A program made the translations under genes and the position numbers. Below the pieces are notes generated by a model. That model had not been told where the DNA came from. It saw only the letters and a list, made by a program, of their open reading frames with translations, and made no database searches. From an uncultured Chloroflexia bacterium (lineage in GTDB: Bacteria > Chloroflexota > Chloroflexia > Thermomicrobiales > UBA6265), in contig CAVRUC010000013.1 in assembly GCA_963724295.1 (NCBI GenBank), positions 160,001 through 224,000 on the forward strand: a stretch of DNA of 64,000 bases, written 5' to 3'. Of the stretch, positions 30,578 through 39,628 are shown one piece after another. Position 1 is the stretch's first letter, and the number at the start of each line of letters is the position of its first letter.

Positions 30578-30715
30578 CGTTCAAGCGGTGGGAGTGCCCC
30601 GACGCGGTCTGGCGACGGGGCCACTTGGGGGAAGCCGGTGCAAAACCGGCACTGTCCCGCAACTGTGACGCTGTCCGGAGTCCCTCTGGCGGCGAAGTCA
30701 GATCACCCAACTCGC
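30578..30715 (+). promoter_or_regulatory. Cobalamin (B12) riboswitch
   Basis: GGGAAGCCGGTGCAAAACCGGCACTGTCCCGCAACTGTGA core and AAGTCAGATCACC B12-box; downstream hairpin CCCTT..AAGGG (30727-30743) overlaps the RBS region; boundaries approximate. Confidence 0.92.
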
Positions 30716-30755
30716 CGTGTCCGACGCCCTTCGCGAGAAAGGGAAAGGACGTTCC

Positions 30756-31878
30756 ATGGTGCGCTTGCCGCGCGCGAACCTCTGTAGCACCGAGAACCGG
30801 CACATTTCATTTTCGGGATGGTGCGGGCGCACGCGACTCCTCCTCCTGGTCCTTGCCGTATTGCTTGCCGCAAGCGTCGCGACCCTATTTGAGATAGGGT
30901 CGACAGCGCAGGAGGCCACGCCGGGTGCTCTCTCCGAGAGCACCGCGATCTCGCCCGTGGAAGCGGCATCCGCCTGGCTGCGCGAGCAGCAGGACGCGTC
31001 CGGGGGGTTTCTCGGATTCTCCGGCGAACCCGATCCCGGCACGACCACCGACGCTGTACTGGCCCTCTACGCCGCCCAACAACGCGACCCCGCCGCGGCA
31101 GCGTCGCTCGACACCGCGCTGGAATACCTCGCGCGCGAGGAGAACGGAGCAGCCTACGCGCGGACCGGTCCCGGACAGGCGGCAAAGCTGGCCTTAGCCG
31201 CGGTGACCGGAGGACGAGATCCGCGTGATTTCGCCGGCCTCGATCTCGTCGCGGCGATGACGGCGCCGCTGGCCACCCCGGTTCCCGACGCCATTGCCGG
31301 CATCTACGGCGACGATCTCTACGACCACGTGCTCGTCCTGATCGCGCTCATCGCTGCCGGCGAAACGATCCCCGAAGAGGCGTGGCAGCCGGTCCGGGTC
31401 GCCCAGGGTGAGGATGGTGGTTGGGCGTTTGACGGCTCGACCGCTCCCGGCTGCGGCTGACTCGAACACGACCGCGCTCGCCATCCAGGCGCTCGTTGCG
31501 GGAGGTTACGGCGACGACCCGATGGTCGATCGCGCGCTGGCATTCCTGTCCTCGCTGCAGGCGCCCGACGGCGGCTTTGCCTATGGTCCGGCCGATCCTC
31601 TCGTCGCCGACGCCAATTCGACCGCGCTCGTGCTGCAGGCATTGCTCGCCGCCGGGCAGGATCCCGCCTCGCCGGAGTGGGGGAACGCGCCGCTGGCCCT
31701 GGCACTGTTCCAGACCCCATCTGGTGGATTGCGCTACATGGCGGCGGATGAGGAGCCGAACCTGCTGGCGACGGTCCAGGCGATCCCGGCGATGGAGGGA
31801 CTGTCGCTGCCGGTGGTTCAGGCATGCGCAGAGGGCGATGGCGCCGGCGGCTGTGCCCAACTCGAACCGGCGGCATGA
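30756..31878 (+). CDS. Secreted prenyltransferase/squalene-oxidase-repeat (alpha/alpha barrel) protein, frameshift near 31450
   Basis: Repeats WLREQQDASGGF, AQGEDGGW, DSNTTALAIQAL, LQAPDGGF, DANSTALVLQAL, FQTPSGGL, NLLATVQAIPA. Confidence 0.8.
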
Positions 31879-32564
31879 CCTTGCCCGGGCACATCGTTCG
31901 CCTCTGGGTGCTGGTCTCCCTGGCGGCCCTGCTGGCCGGGGTACTGCTCGCACCAACGCCGACTCTTGCCGGCGAGCTCCGTCACGCCGGGGTGGTCGTG
32001 CGCGATGCCCAGGGTCGCATGACGTACGCCTGGGTGCCCTTCGCCGAAGAGGAGATTGATGGCATCGCCCTCTTGCACCGGAGCGGCATCCCGGTCGTGA
32101 CCGTCGGTTTCGGGGCGCTTGGCGAAGGTGTCTGCTCGATCGCCGGCCAGGGCTGTGGCGTCGCCGAGTGCCGGCGCACGGTCTGCCAGGGTTCCGCCGC
32201 CGACGCTCCCTACTGGCAGTACTTTCAACAGGACCGCGGCGATCCCGCCGCCTGGACGTGGCAACCGCTTGGCGCCAGTAGCAGCCCGGTCGAGGATGGT
32301 GACGTCTTCGGCTGGAGCTGGACGGCCGACGATCCCGCCTTGCCGGCGTTGGCGCCGGGGGAGATCGCCAGGCTGGCCGGCGCTGGAGAGGGGACAGGGA
32401 GTGAGCCGGCTTTCCGCACGGTCTTGCCCGAAGGCGTAACGGCGGTGATGACCGCCCCGCCCCCCAATGCCGCGACCACGGCCGCGGCCGCTGCCATCCT
32501 CGTCGTCATCGCCGGCTCGGCGGTCGCTCTCGCTGTCTGGCGGCGAACGGAGGTCGTCGCGTGA
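31875..32564 (+). CDS. Membrane-anchored DUF4430/SCO2322-like protein
   Basis: Signal peptide; G.GVCSIAGQGC...C...YWQYF...W....GASS..V.DGDVFGWSW; C-terminal TM plus RR. Confidence 0.65.
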   Translation: MTLPGHIVRLWVLVSLAALLAGVLLAPTPTLAGELRHAGVVVRDAQGRMTYAWVPFAEEEIDGIALLHRSGIPVVTVGFGALGEGVCSIAGQGCGVAECRRTVCQGSAADAPYWQYFQQDRGDPAAWTWQPLGASSSPVEDGDVFGWSWTADDPALPALAPGEIARLAGAGEGTGSEPAFRTVLPEGVTAVMTAPPPNAATTAAAAAILVVIAGSAVALAVWRRTEVVA

Positions 32565-33601
32565 GCACCCCTCGGGCGAGACCGCTCGATCCGCGAGCCT
32601 GGATCATCTGGGCGGTCGCGGCCTACCTGCCTCCGCTGGTCGGGCGCAATCCCTGGCCGCTGACGGCGACGCTGCTGGCGACGCTCGGTGTCTGGGGCGC
32701 CTGGAGCGCGGGAGCGGCCGGCGCACGCTGGCGACCTCTGTTGCGCTTGGCACTCGTCTTTGGCGCGGTGAGCGTGCTTTTCAATGTGCTTACCGCCCAC
32801 ATCGGTGATCGCCCCATCGCCGTGCTGCCGGAGACGTGGCCGGTGATCGGTGGAGTGCTCACGCTCAACGCGCTGATCTACGGGTTGCTAAGCGCGATGG
32901 CGATCTTCTCGCTCGTCGCGGTCAGCGCCACGCTCGGCGCTACCCTCGACTGGAGTGCGACGATGCGCCTCCTGCCGGAGCGGATGGCCGCCCTGGCCGT
33001 GGCCGGGTCGGTGGCCTGGTCCTACCTCCCGCGGACGACGGCCGCCCTCGCCGAAATCCGGGAGGCGCAAATGGCGCGCGGTTACCGCCCGCGCGGTATT
33101 CGCGACGCCGCGCCGCTCGTCATACCGCTCCTTGCCGGGGGGTTAGAGCGCTCCATGATCACCGCCGAGGCTCTCGAGGCGCGGGCCTTTGGGGCGCCCC
33201 TTGCCCCAGAGCTGACCCCCCGCCCGTGGCAGATCGCGTCACTGCTGGTCGGTCTTGTTGCCGCGTTAACCGGTGCATTCTGCCTCGCTCTGGGTCAGCT
33301 GGCCGTTGCTGGAGGATTGTTGGCGGTCGCGGCGGCGTCGTTGATGGCGGGTCTTTTCACCAGGCGCGGTGCGCAGCCGCATCTGCGCCGTACCCGGTAT
33401 CGTGATCCCATCTGGGAGCGGCCAGAATGGTTCGTCAGCGGCGCCGCCTTGGCCGTCCTGGCGGTCGAGATCGCGGTGCTATTTCTCGACCCCGCCGCAT
33501 TCCGCTACGAGCCTTATCCAACATTGACCCCGCCGGCGATTAGCTTGCCGCTGCTGGCGGTACTCGGGCTGCTGCTGGCTCCTGCCGCGGTACGACCGTG
33601 A
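32561..33601 (+). CDS. ECF transporter transmembrane (T) component
   Basis: LDPRAW, IREAQMARG, GLERS...AEALEARAFG, RTRY. Confidence 0.9.
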   Translation: MSTPRARPLDPRAWIIWAVAAYLPPLVGRNPWPLTATLLATLGVWGAWSAGAAGARWRPLLRLALVFGAVSVLFNVLTAHIGDRPIAVLPETWPVIGGVLTLNALIYGLLSAMAIFSLVAVSATLGATLDWSATMRLLPERMAALAVAGSVAWSYLPRTTAALAEIREAQMARGYRPRGIRDAAPLVIPLLAGGLERSMITAEALEARAFGAPLAPELTPRPWQIASLLVGLVAALTGAFCLALGQLAVAGGLLAVAAASLMAGLFTRRGAQPHLRRTRYRDPIWERPEWFVSGAALAVLAVEIAVLFLDPAAFRYEPYPTLTPPAISLPLLAVLGLLLAPAAVRP

Positions 33602-35286
33602 GCGCCCCGGGACAGTCGACGCTGCTCACGGAACCAGTCGTCACCTTCTCCGAGCTGACCTACCGGTACCCGGAACGCGATACACCCGCCGTGCGGGAAC
33701 TGAATTGGACGGTCGCTCCCGGCGAATTCGTCACGGTGACCGGGCCCTCCGGCAGTGGCAAATCGACGCTACTGCGCTGCCTCAACGGGCTGACGCCGCA
33801 CTTCAACGGCGGTACCTTCGACGGCGTGGTCATCGTCGCCGGCCACGACACGCGCCATTACAGCCCGCGCGTGCTGGCCCGACTCACCGGGTTCGTTTTC
33901 CAGGACCCCGAGGCTCAATTCGTGGCCGGCAGGGTCGACGACGAAGTCGCCTTCGGGATGGAGCAGCTCGGCGTGCCGGCGGTGACGATGCGCAAGCGAG
34001 TCGAGGAGGTGCTCGACCTGCTCGGGATCGCCGCGTTGCGAGATCGCAAGATCGCGACGCTGTCGGGTGGGGAACGGCAACGCGTGGCGGTCGCCGCGGC
34101 GCTCGCGCTGCAACCCTCGATTCTGGCCCTTGACGAGCCGACGAGTCAGCTCGATCCCTGGGGCGCGGAGGAAGTGCTCGCGGCTCTGAACCGTCTCAAC
34201 GAGGACCTCGGACTGACCGTGGTCCTCGCCGAGCATCGCCTGGAGCGCGTCGTCGCTCATACCGACCGCCTCACGGTCCTGGCTCCGGGTGGATCAATCG
34301 CCCTCGACGGACCGCCACGAGATACATTGTCCCAAGCCGACGTCGGCAGTCTTCCGGCCCTGCTCGCGCTCGGGCGACAGCTGGATTGGGACCCCTTGCC
34401 GTTTTCGATCAAGGAAGGGAGAGTCGCCCAGCGCCGTGACGCCGAACGCGGGCGCGTACCCACACCGGTGGCGCCCGATCCTGCCCCTCCCGGTGGTGCA
34501 CCGGTCGTCGCCTTGCAGAGGGTAAGCGCCGGGTGGGATCGCCATGCCGTGCTGCGTAACGTCGATCTGGAGGTGCGACCGGGCGAGCTGCTCGCGCTCA
34601 TGGGCCGCAACGGATCGGGCAAGACAACGCTGCTGCGGCTCGTTGCGGGGTTGCACCGGCCATCCTCCGGCAAAGTGCTCGTCGCGGGACAGGACACGAC
34701 GCGTGTGCATCCTGCCGATATCGCGCAAACCGTTGGTTATCTCCCGCAGAATCCCTCGGCGCTCTTTTTTGCGGAAACCTTGCGGGCGGAGCTTGCCTTC
34801 ACCCTGAAGCATCATCGGCGGCCCGGACTCGATCCGGAGGCAACGCTGGACGCACTCGGGCTGGGGCATGCCATCGATCGTCATCCGCGCGATCTTTCGG
34901 GCGGGGAACGAGAGCGCGCCGCGCTGGCGACGGTGCTTGTCGGCGGACCACGAGTCCTCCTTCTCGACGAGCCGACACGTGGCATGGATGCCGCCCGCAA
35001 ACGCGCCCTGGTCCTGACGCTGCACCAGCTGCGCGATGATGGCGTAGCGATCTTGCTTGCCACGCACGACGTCGAGCTGGTGGCGGAGGTCGCCTCGCGC
35101 GTTGTCCTGCTCGGCGATGGGCGCATCGTCGCCAACGGCGGTCCCCGCGCCGTGCTCTCCGGCTCACTGACCTTCACCACCGCGGTCAACAAGCTCTACG
35201 GCGACGGCTTTCTTACTCCAGGGGACATACTGGCTGGGTTGGGCTTGAATTTCATTGCGGAACAGCAGCTTACATCGAATAGATAA
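33598..35286 (+). CDS. ECF transporter fused double ATPase
   Basis: Two ABC domains: GPSGSGKST/LSGGERQR/LDEPT and GRNGSGKTT/LSGGERER/LDEPT. Confidence 0.93.
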   Translation: MSAPGQSTLLTEPVVTFSELTYRYPERDTPAVRELNWTVAPGEFVTVTGPSGSGKSTLLRCLNGLTPHFNGGTFDGVVIVAGHDTRHYSPRVLARLTGFVFQDPEAQFVAGRVDDEVAFGMEQLGVPAVTMRKRVEEVLDLLGIAALRDRKIATLSGGERQRVAVAAALALQPSILALDEPTSQLDPWGAEEVLAALNRLNEDLGLTVVLAEHRLERVVAHTDRLTVLAPGGSIALDGPPRDTLSQADVGSLPALLALGRQLDWDPLPFSIKEGRVAQRRDAERGRVPTPVAPDPAPPGGAPVVALQRVSAGWDRHAVLRNVDLEVRPGELLALMGRNGSGKTTLLRLVAGLHRPSSGKVLVAGQDTTRVHPADIAQTVGYLPQNPSALFFAETLRAELAFTLKHHRRPGLDPEATLDALGLGHAIDRHPRDLSGGERERAALATVLVGGPRVLLLDEPTRGMDAARKRALVLTLHQLRDDGVAILLATHDVELVAEVASRVVLLGDGRIVANGGPRAVLSGSLTFTTAVNKLYGDGFLTPGDILAGLGLNFIAEQQLTSNR

Positions 35287-35343
35287 AGTAGCCTCGCATG
35301 CAGAGCGGTCGGCCTCCCGCTCCCCGCATCATTGGCCCCAGAG

Positions 35344-35381
35344 GCTGTACGCTTGACGTACAGCGTCGCGCCCGCCACAAT
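35344..35381 (+). promoter_or_regulatory. higBA promoter with overlapping palindromic operator
   Basis: GCTGTACG-cttga-CGTACAGC inverted repeat (35344-35364) spanning TTGACG (35353); CACAAT 17 nt downstream. Confidence 0.7.
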
Positions 35382-35387
35382 CTGCAA

Positions 35388-35702
35388 ATGTCGAGCGACG
35401 ATGCGAGCTTTTTGGCCGGAGTTCGCAAATATCGGGACAAGCGCACCGCTCGGTTTGCCGCCGGTGAGCGGGTCAACGAGTTTCAAGCGTTCGCACGTCA
35501 GGCATACAGACGATTGGAGATCTTGGAAGCCGCGTCAGATAAGCGAGCCCTCATGATGTTGCCAAGCAACCGCTTCGAGGCGCTAGTTGGTGATCGAGCA
35601 GGTCAGTACAGCATCCGGATCAACAATCGCTGGAGGATTTGCTTCGAGTGGCCTGACGACCAATCGACGCCGAGCAACATCGAGATCGTTGACTACCATT
35701 AA
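35388..35702 (+). CDS. higB: HigB-family (RelE/ParE) toxin
   Basis: RDKRT..FAAG, PSNRFEAL.GDRAGQYSIRINNRWRICFEW...IEIVDYH. Confidence 0.92.
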   Translation: MSSDDASFLAGVRKYRDKRTARFAAGERVNEFQAFARQAYRRLEILEAASDKRALMMLPSNRFEALVGDRAGQYSIRINNRWRICFEWPDDQSTPSNIEIVDYH

Positions 35703-35715
35703 GGGAGGGAGAACC

Positions 35716-36018
35716 ATGCCTAGACCGCCAATCCATCCAGGTGAAATTCTCGCCGACGAGCTCGCCGAGCTCGAGATGAGCGCCGCCCAGCTGAGTCGAG
35801 AGTTGCACGTTCCCACCAACCGCGTGACACAGATCCTGGCCGGCAAGCGCGGCATCACCGCCGACACCGCGTTGCGCCTCGGAACGTGGTTTGGCACCGG
35901 GCCGGAAATCTGGCTGAATCTTCAGAAGTCGTATGAGCTTCGCCTTGCCGAACAGGAAGTCGGCACGGAGATACGGAACACGATTACAACCCGTCACGCG
36001 ACGGGCCACGCCGCGTAA
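35716..36018 (+). CDS. higA: HigA antitoxin
   Basis: PIHPGEILADEL...GKRGITADTALRL..WFGT.PE.WLNLQ..YEL. Confidence 0.95.
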   Translation: MPRPPIHPGEILADELAELEMSAAQLSRELHVPTNRVTQILAGKRGITADTALRLGTWFGTGPEIWLNLQKSYELRLAEQEVGTEIRNTITTRHATGHAA

Positions 36019-36087
36019 GCGGCTCTTGGCCACACCCCTGACCGAGCCAGGATTGACGAAAAGAAGGGATCCAGGAGGAGACCTGGC

Positions 36088-37041
36088 ATGCGGTCCGCGA
36101 TGCGAATCCTGGCCCTTGCCCTAAGCCTGGTAGCCCTCACCCTTCACGTACCGCCAGTTGCCGGGCAAGCACGCGATTGCGATGACTTCGACAGTCAGAT
36201 CTGGGCGCAAACCGTCTACGAGAGCGATCCCGCCGGGTACGCGGCCCTCGATCCCGACGGCAACGGCATCGCCTGCGACGAGTTGCCGCCGGGCGCGGCG
36301 CCGGCCTTGTGGACATCACAAGTCCCGGCGGGAAGCCAGCTGGTCACGTTGATCGAGGTCACTGACGGTGACACCATCCGGGTCGATGTCGGCGGCCGGG
36401 AGGAGCCGGTGCGCCTCATCCTCATCGACACGCCAGAGACAAGAGACCCGAACAACCCTCCGGAATGCTTCGGCCAGGAAGCCACGGCATACCTCTCATG
36501 GCTACTCTCGCTCGGTGGCGATCTCTATCTGGAAACCGACATCAGCGACCGTGACCGCTTCGGACGACTCTTGCGCTATGTCTGGCTCGACTTCGGCGAC
36601 GGGGAGGTCTACCTCGTCAACGAGGCGCTGGTCCGCGCCGGCTACGCCGCGTTCTCGACGTTCCCGCCTGACGTGAAGTACGTGGACGAGATTCGTGAGG
36701 CAGGGCAATTTGCCCGGGAACATCGCTACGGGCTGTGGTCCAGCTGCATCACGGATAATGAGGGAGATACCAACGAGCTGAGTGGAAGCCAGGCCATCGA
36801 AGCCGGACCGGAGACGGAGATCGATCCGGTCCCCACGCGGTCGGCATCTCCCCCGGAGCAAGTCGTCGTCACTGATCCAGCTGCCGCCTTTGGCTGTGAG
36901 CCGTCCTATCCCGCCGTCTGCATCCCGCCGTCACCGCCGGATCTCGACTGCGGCGACGTGGCCTACGGAGGCTTCACCGTCTATCCGCCCGACCCACATC
37001 GGTTCGACGGCGACTACGATGGTGTCGGCTGCGAGGGGTAA
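36088..37041 (+). CDS. Secreted thermonuclease (SNase) with excalibur-like Ca-binding motifs
   Basis: DGDTI, VRLILIDTPE, DRFGRLLRYV, NEALVRAG; DCDDF..LDPDGNGIACD and DLDC...FDGDYDGVGCE. Confidence 0.9.
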   Translation: MRSAMRILALALSLVALTLHVPPVAGQARDCDDFDSQIWAQTVYESDPAGYAALDPDGNGIACDELPPGAAPALWTSQVPAGSQLVTLIEVTDGDTIRVDVGGREEPVRLILIDTPETRDPNNPPECFGQEATAYLSWLLSLGGDLYLETDISDRDRFGRLLRYVWLDFGDGEVYLVNEALVRAGYAAFSTFPPDVKYVDEIREAGQFAREHRYGLWSSCITDNEGDTNELSGSQAIEAGPETEIDPVPTRSASPPEQVVVTDPAAAFGCEPSYPAVCIPPSPPDLDCGDVAYGGFTVYPPDPHRFDGDYDGVGCEG

Positions 37042-37120
37042 TGACGAGCCAGAATATCGACCGTCCTGCGACCCGTGAGGACATCGACTCCTAAGCAGGG
37101 ATGCCACCCAGCCTGGATGC

Positions 37121-38107
37121 TCAGTCACTTTCCGTGAGTGACATCTCGAGCTCTTCCCCATTGCCGACCACGGCGTCCGGGAAGTCCCGCGGTGGATCGG
37201 ATCTGACTTCGACGGTGTAGGTGCCGGGCGGGATTCGCACGGCATCCCCGTCGACGACACCGCTGGCTATTACCGCCCCGGCAGGGTCGCGGACTTCAAA
37301 CGGCGGTTGCAATGCAGTGGCAATCGCCTCGCCCAGGTCGTCAGCTCCTGCGGCATCGAAGAACCGGCCACCGCCGATGCGGGCCCACTCCTCGAACTGC
37401 TTCTTCAGCCCCTCGTCGTCGACGGCAAACCCGACGATGTTGACCCGGACGTCGATACCCTGATTGACCAGCTCGCGGATGGCTCGCTGCGGATTCCCGC
37501 CGCAGGTCTCCTCTCCGTCGGTGACGAGTACGACGATCTTCGGGCCATCGACCCCGCTCAGATCGGCCGCGACCCGCTCGAGGGCGGCGGCAAGCGGTGT
37601 CTTCACGCCGTCGACCGATTCGATTGAGGCGATGCGATCGACCGCCACATCTCCGTCCAACGGCGCCAGATCGATAGCCAGATCTGTCTCGCAGGAATCC
37701 GGTTCATCGCCAAAGACTCGAAGCGCCAGCGGGATGCCTGACGGGAGCGTCTCTTCAATGAGGTCGGTCAGCACAAGCTTGGCGAAGTCGATCCGTCGCT
37801 CGTCGCCGAGTGCTTGCAGCATGCTTCCGGAGTTGTCGAGGATCAGGTCCACGCCGACGTCGGTGGCCAGAGTTGCCTGCCCGTCGCCCTCGCTGACGAC
37901 CCGGATCGCGCCTGGAACCTCGGCAATGTCGCCCGCGTCGTCGACCGTCCCGGAGACCTGGAACGTCCCTGGCACCTGAAAGGTGGGGATCTCTGGCGAG
38001 TCATCGTCGGCGTCCTGAGCCCGGGCCAACTCGCGTGAGTGCCCCGCGCCAGCGATGCCGCAGATCAAGAGGATGGCCAGACCGAAGACGATGAAGCGAG
38101 ACATCAC
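37121..38107 (-). CDS. Secreted VWA-domain protein
   Basis: LILDNSGSM (MIDAS), KTPLA, VLVTDGEETCGG, VNIVGF. Confidence 0.9.
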   Translation of the reverse strand: MMSRFIVFGLAILLICGIAGAGHSRELARAQDADDDSPEIPTFQVPGTFQVSGTVDDAGDIAEVPGAIRVVSEGDGQATLATDVGVDLILDNSGSMLQALGDERRIDFAKLVLTDLIEETLPSGIPLALRVFGDEPDSCETDLAIDLAPLDGDVAVDRIASIESVDGVKTPLAAALERVAADLSGVDGPKIVVLVTDGEETCGGNPQRAIRELVNQGIDVRVNIVGFAVDDEGLKKQFEEWARIGGGRFFDAAGADDLGEAIATALQPPFEVRDPAGAVIASGVVDGDAVRIPPGTYTVEVRSDPPRDFPDAVVGNGEELEMSLTESD

Positions 38108-38252
38108 ACTCTTCTCCAGACTCTTCAGTCGATGCCTGGCTCGCTGAGCGTCTACTTCCTCCGGCCATCCTCTTGATCGTGAGCGCGTCAGATGTCTGAG
38201 ATCACCGTACGGTGCAGCTAGCGTGGCTGCTGATGTACTCCTCGCGGGTTCC

Positions 38253-39431
38253 CTACATCACTGGGGTTGCGGTGATTGTTGGTGTACACGAGGCCGTCCC
38301 GGGCGCCTCGTCCATGGCGCCAGGCGTTGCCTCGACCGGCGCGGCGGCCAGGTCGAGCCGCATGACCGCGCCTTCTCCGTGGTCGGCGCCAACCGCCGGC
38401 AGTGAGACGTAGAGAGCTCCATCCGGACCGAAGGCAAGCGAAATCGGCATCATCAGCCCGGTCGCGACTTCCTCCAGGTCACCCGTGCCGCTCTGACGCA
38501 CGATGCGACCACTACCGGGAACCAGGAACGGCGGCTCGTCGAGATTTCCGGTCGACATCTCGGCCGCGTACAGCGTTCCATCCGGTCCGACCGCCACGTC
38601 AGTGACTGCGGTCAGCCCGGTCCACATCTCCGTCACCGATCCGTCCGGCGCAACATGGACCACCCGCGATGCACCATCCGGGAAGGGCACGGTCGTCAAG
38701 AAGCCGACATAGACTCCGCCTTGCGGGGCCAACGCCAATCCGGTTGGCACCGGATGCCCTTCCGAGAGATCGGCAATCCGTGCCACCGATCCGTCCAGAC
38801 CGACACTGAGGATCTGTCCGCTATTGGGATCAACCACCCAGAACAGCCCCGCGGCTTGATCGGCGACCAGGCTGAAACCAGCGGCATCAGGGTCGAAATC
38901 CGGCGGAATCTGAGCGACCGGGTTCGCCCGCACCCAGGCGGAGAGGTCCGCAACGAGTTCAGTCGTGCCGTCACCCAGAATGCGGTAGATACCCGACGGC
39001 TGATCCGCATTGCCGTGAGCGGCGCCTCCGCCATCGACCGAGGCGTAGAGCTGGTCACCCAGGATCGCCAGATCTTCGGCGCCAAGGAAATCACCCATGG
39101 CACTACCGGCTGACGGCAAATCCCCGGCCAGTAGAACAGGGCACTCGTCCTCAATGCGGACAACACTTGCGCTGAGCCCACCGTGCCACGGACCAACAGC
39201 CTCTTCTGTCGGCGCCTCCTCGGTGGCAGGATTGTCGCCGCCCACGCCGGCCTGAGCCACGTAGAGCGTGCCAGCCGCATCCCAGATCACCCCACGTGGG
39301 TTCGTCAACCCGGAGGCTACGACGGAAAGGGCGCTGGAGTCTGTCCCGGCGACGGGACTTGCCTCCTGGGCTTGCACCGGGCTGATGAGGACCGCGATCA
39401 GTCCCACCACGAACAGCAACGTGCGACGCAT
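38253..39431 (-). CDS. ScyD/ScyE-like secreted beta-propeller
   Basis: VASGLTNPRG, LYVAQAG, VPTGLA..P.G.VYVG.L...PF..G, VAVGPDGTLY. Confidence 0.8.
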   Translation of the reverse strand: MRRTLLFVVGLIAVLISPVQAQEASPVAGTDSSALSVVASGLTNPRGVIWDAAGTLYVAQAGVGGDNPATEEAPTEEAVGPWHGGLSASVVRIEDECPVLLAGDLPSAGSAMGDFLGAEDLAILGDQLYASVDGGGAAHGNADQPSGIYRILGDGTTELVADLSAWVRANPVAQIPPDFDPDAAGFSLVADQAAGLFWVVDPNSGQILSVGLDGSVARIADLSEGHPVPTGLALAPQGGVYVGFLTTVPFPDGASRVVHVAPDGSVTEMWTGLTAVTDVAVGPDGTLYAAEMSTGNLDEPPFLVPGSGRIVRQSGTGDLEEVATGLMMPISLAFGPDGALYVSLPAVGADHGEGAVMRLDLAAAPVEATPGAMDEAPGTASCTPTITATPVM

Positions 39432-39628
39432 CGAGGCTCCCTTCATTGTTTGGGCTGTTGCATGGCTATTCCGCCAGGCGACCCCGGAACGCATTTTCCT
39501 TGCGTTGTGCACGCTACACCTGTTTCGGCTGATGTCAAGTCCTGACTTTGCAGATGAGACGCCAGGACATGGCGCGGCAGCGCGGCCCGAATTCGATGGA
39601 GACCGTACAGGCGACCAGGTGCTCGCCT

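Noticed and set aside
31458..31460. Selenocysteine TGA after Cys-Gly
   Set aside because: Homology continues in a different frame, so this is a frameshift, not read-through.
30756..31878. Terpene cyclase or prenyltransferase enzyme
   Set aside because: Secreted, no DxDD catalytic motif seen, and located in a B12-regulated transport operon; a binding role fits better.
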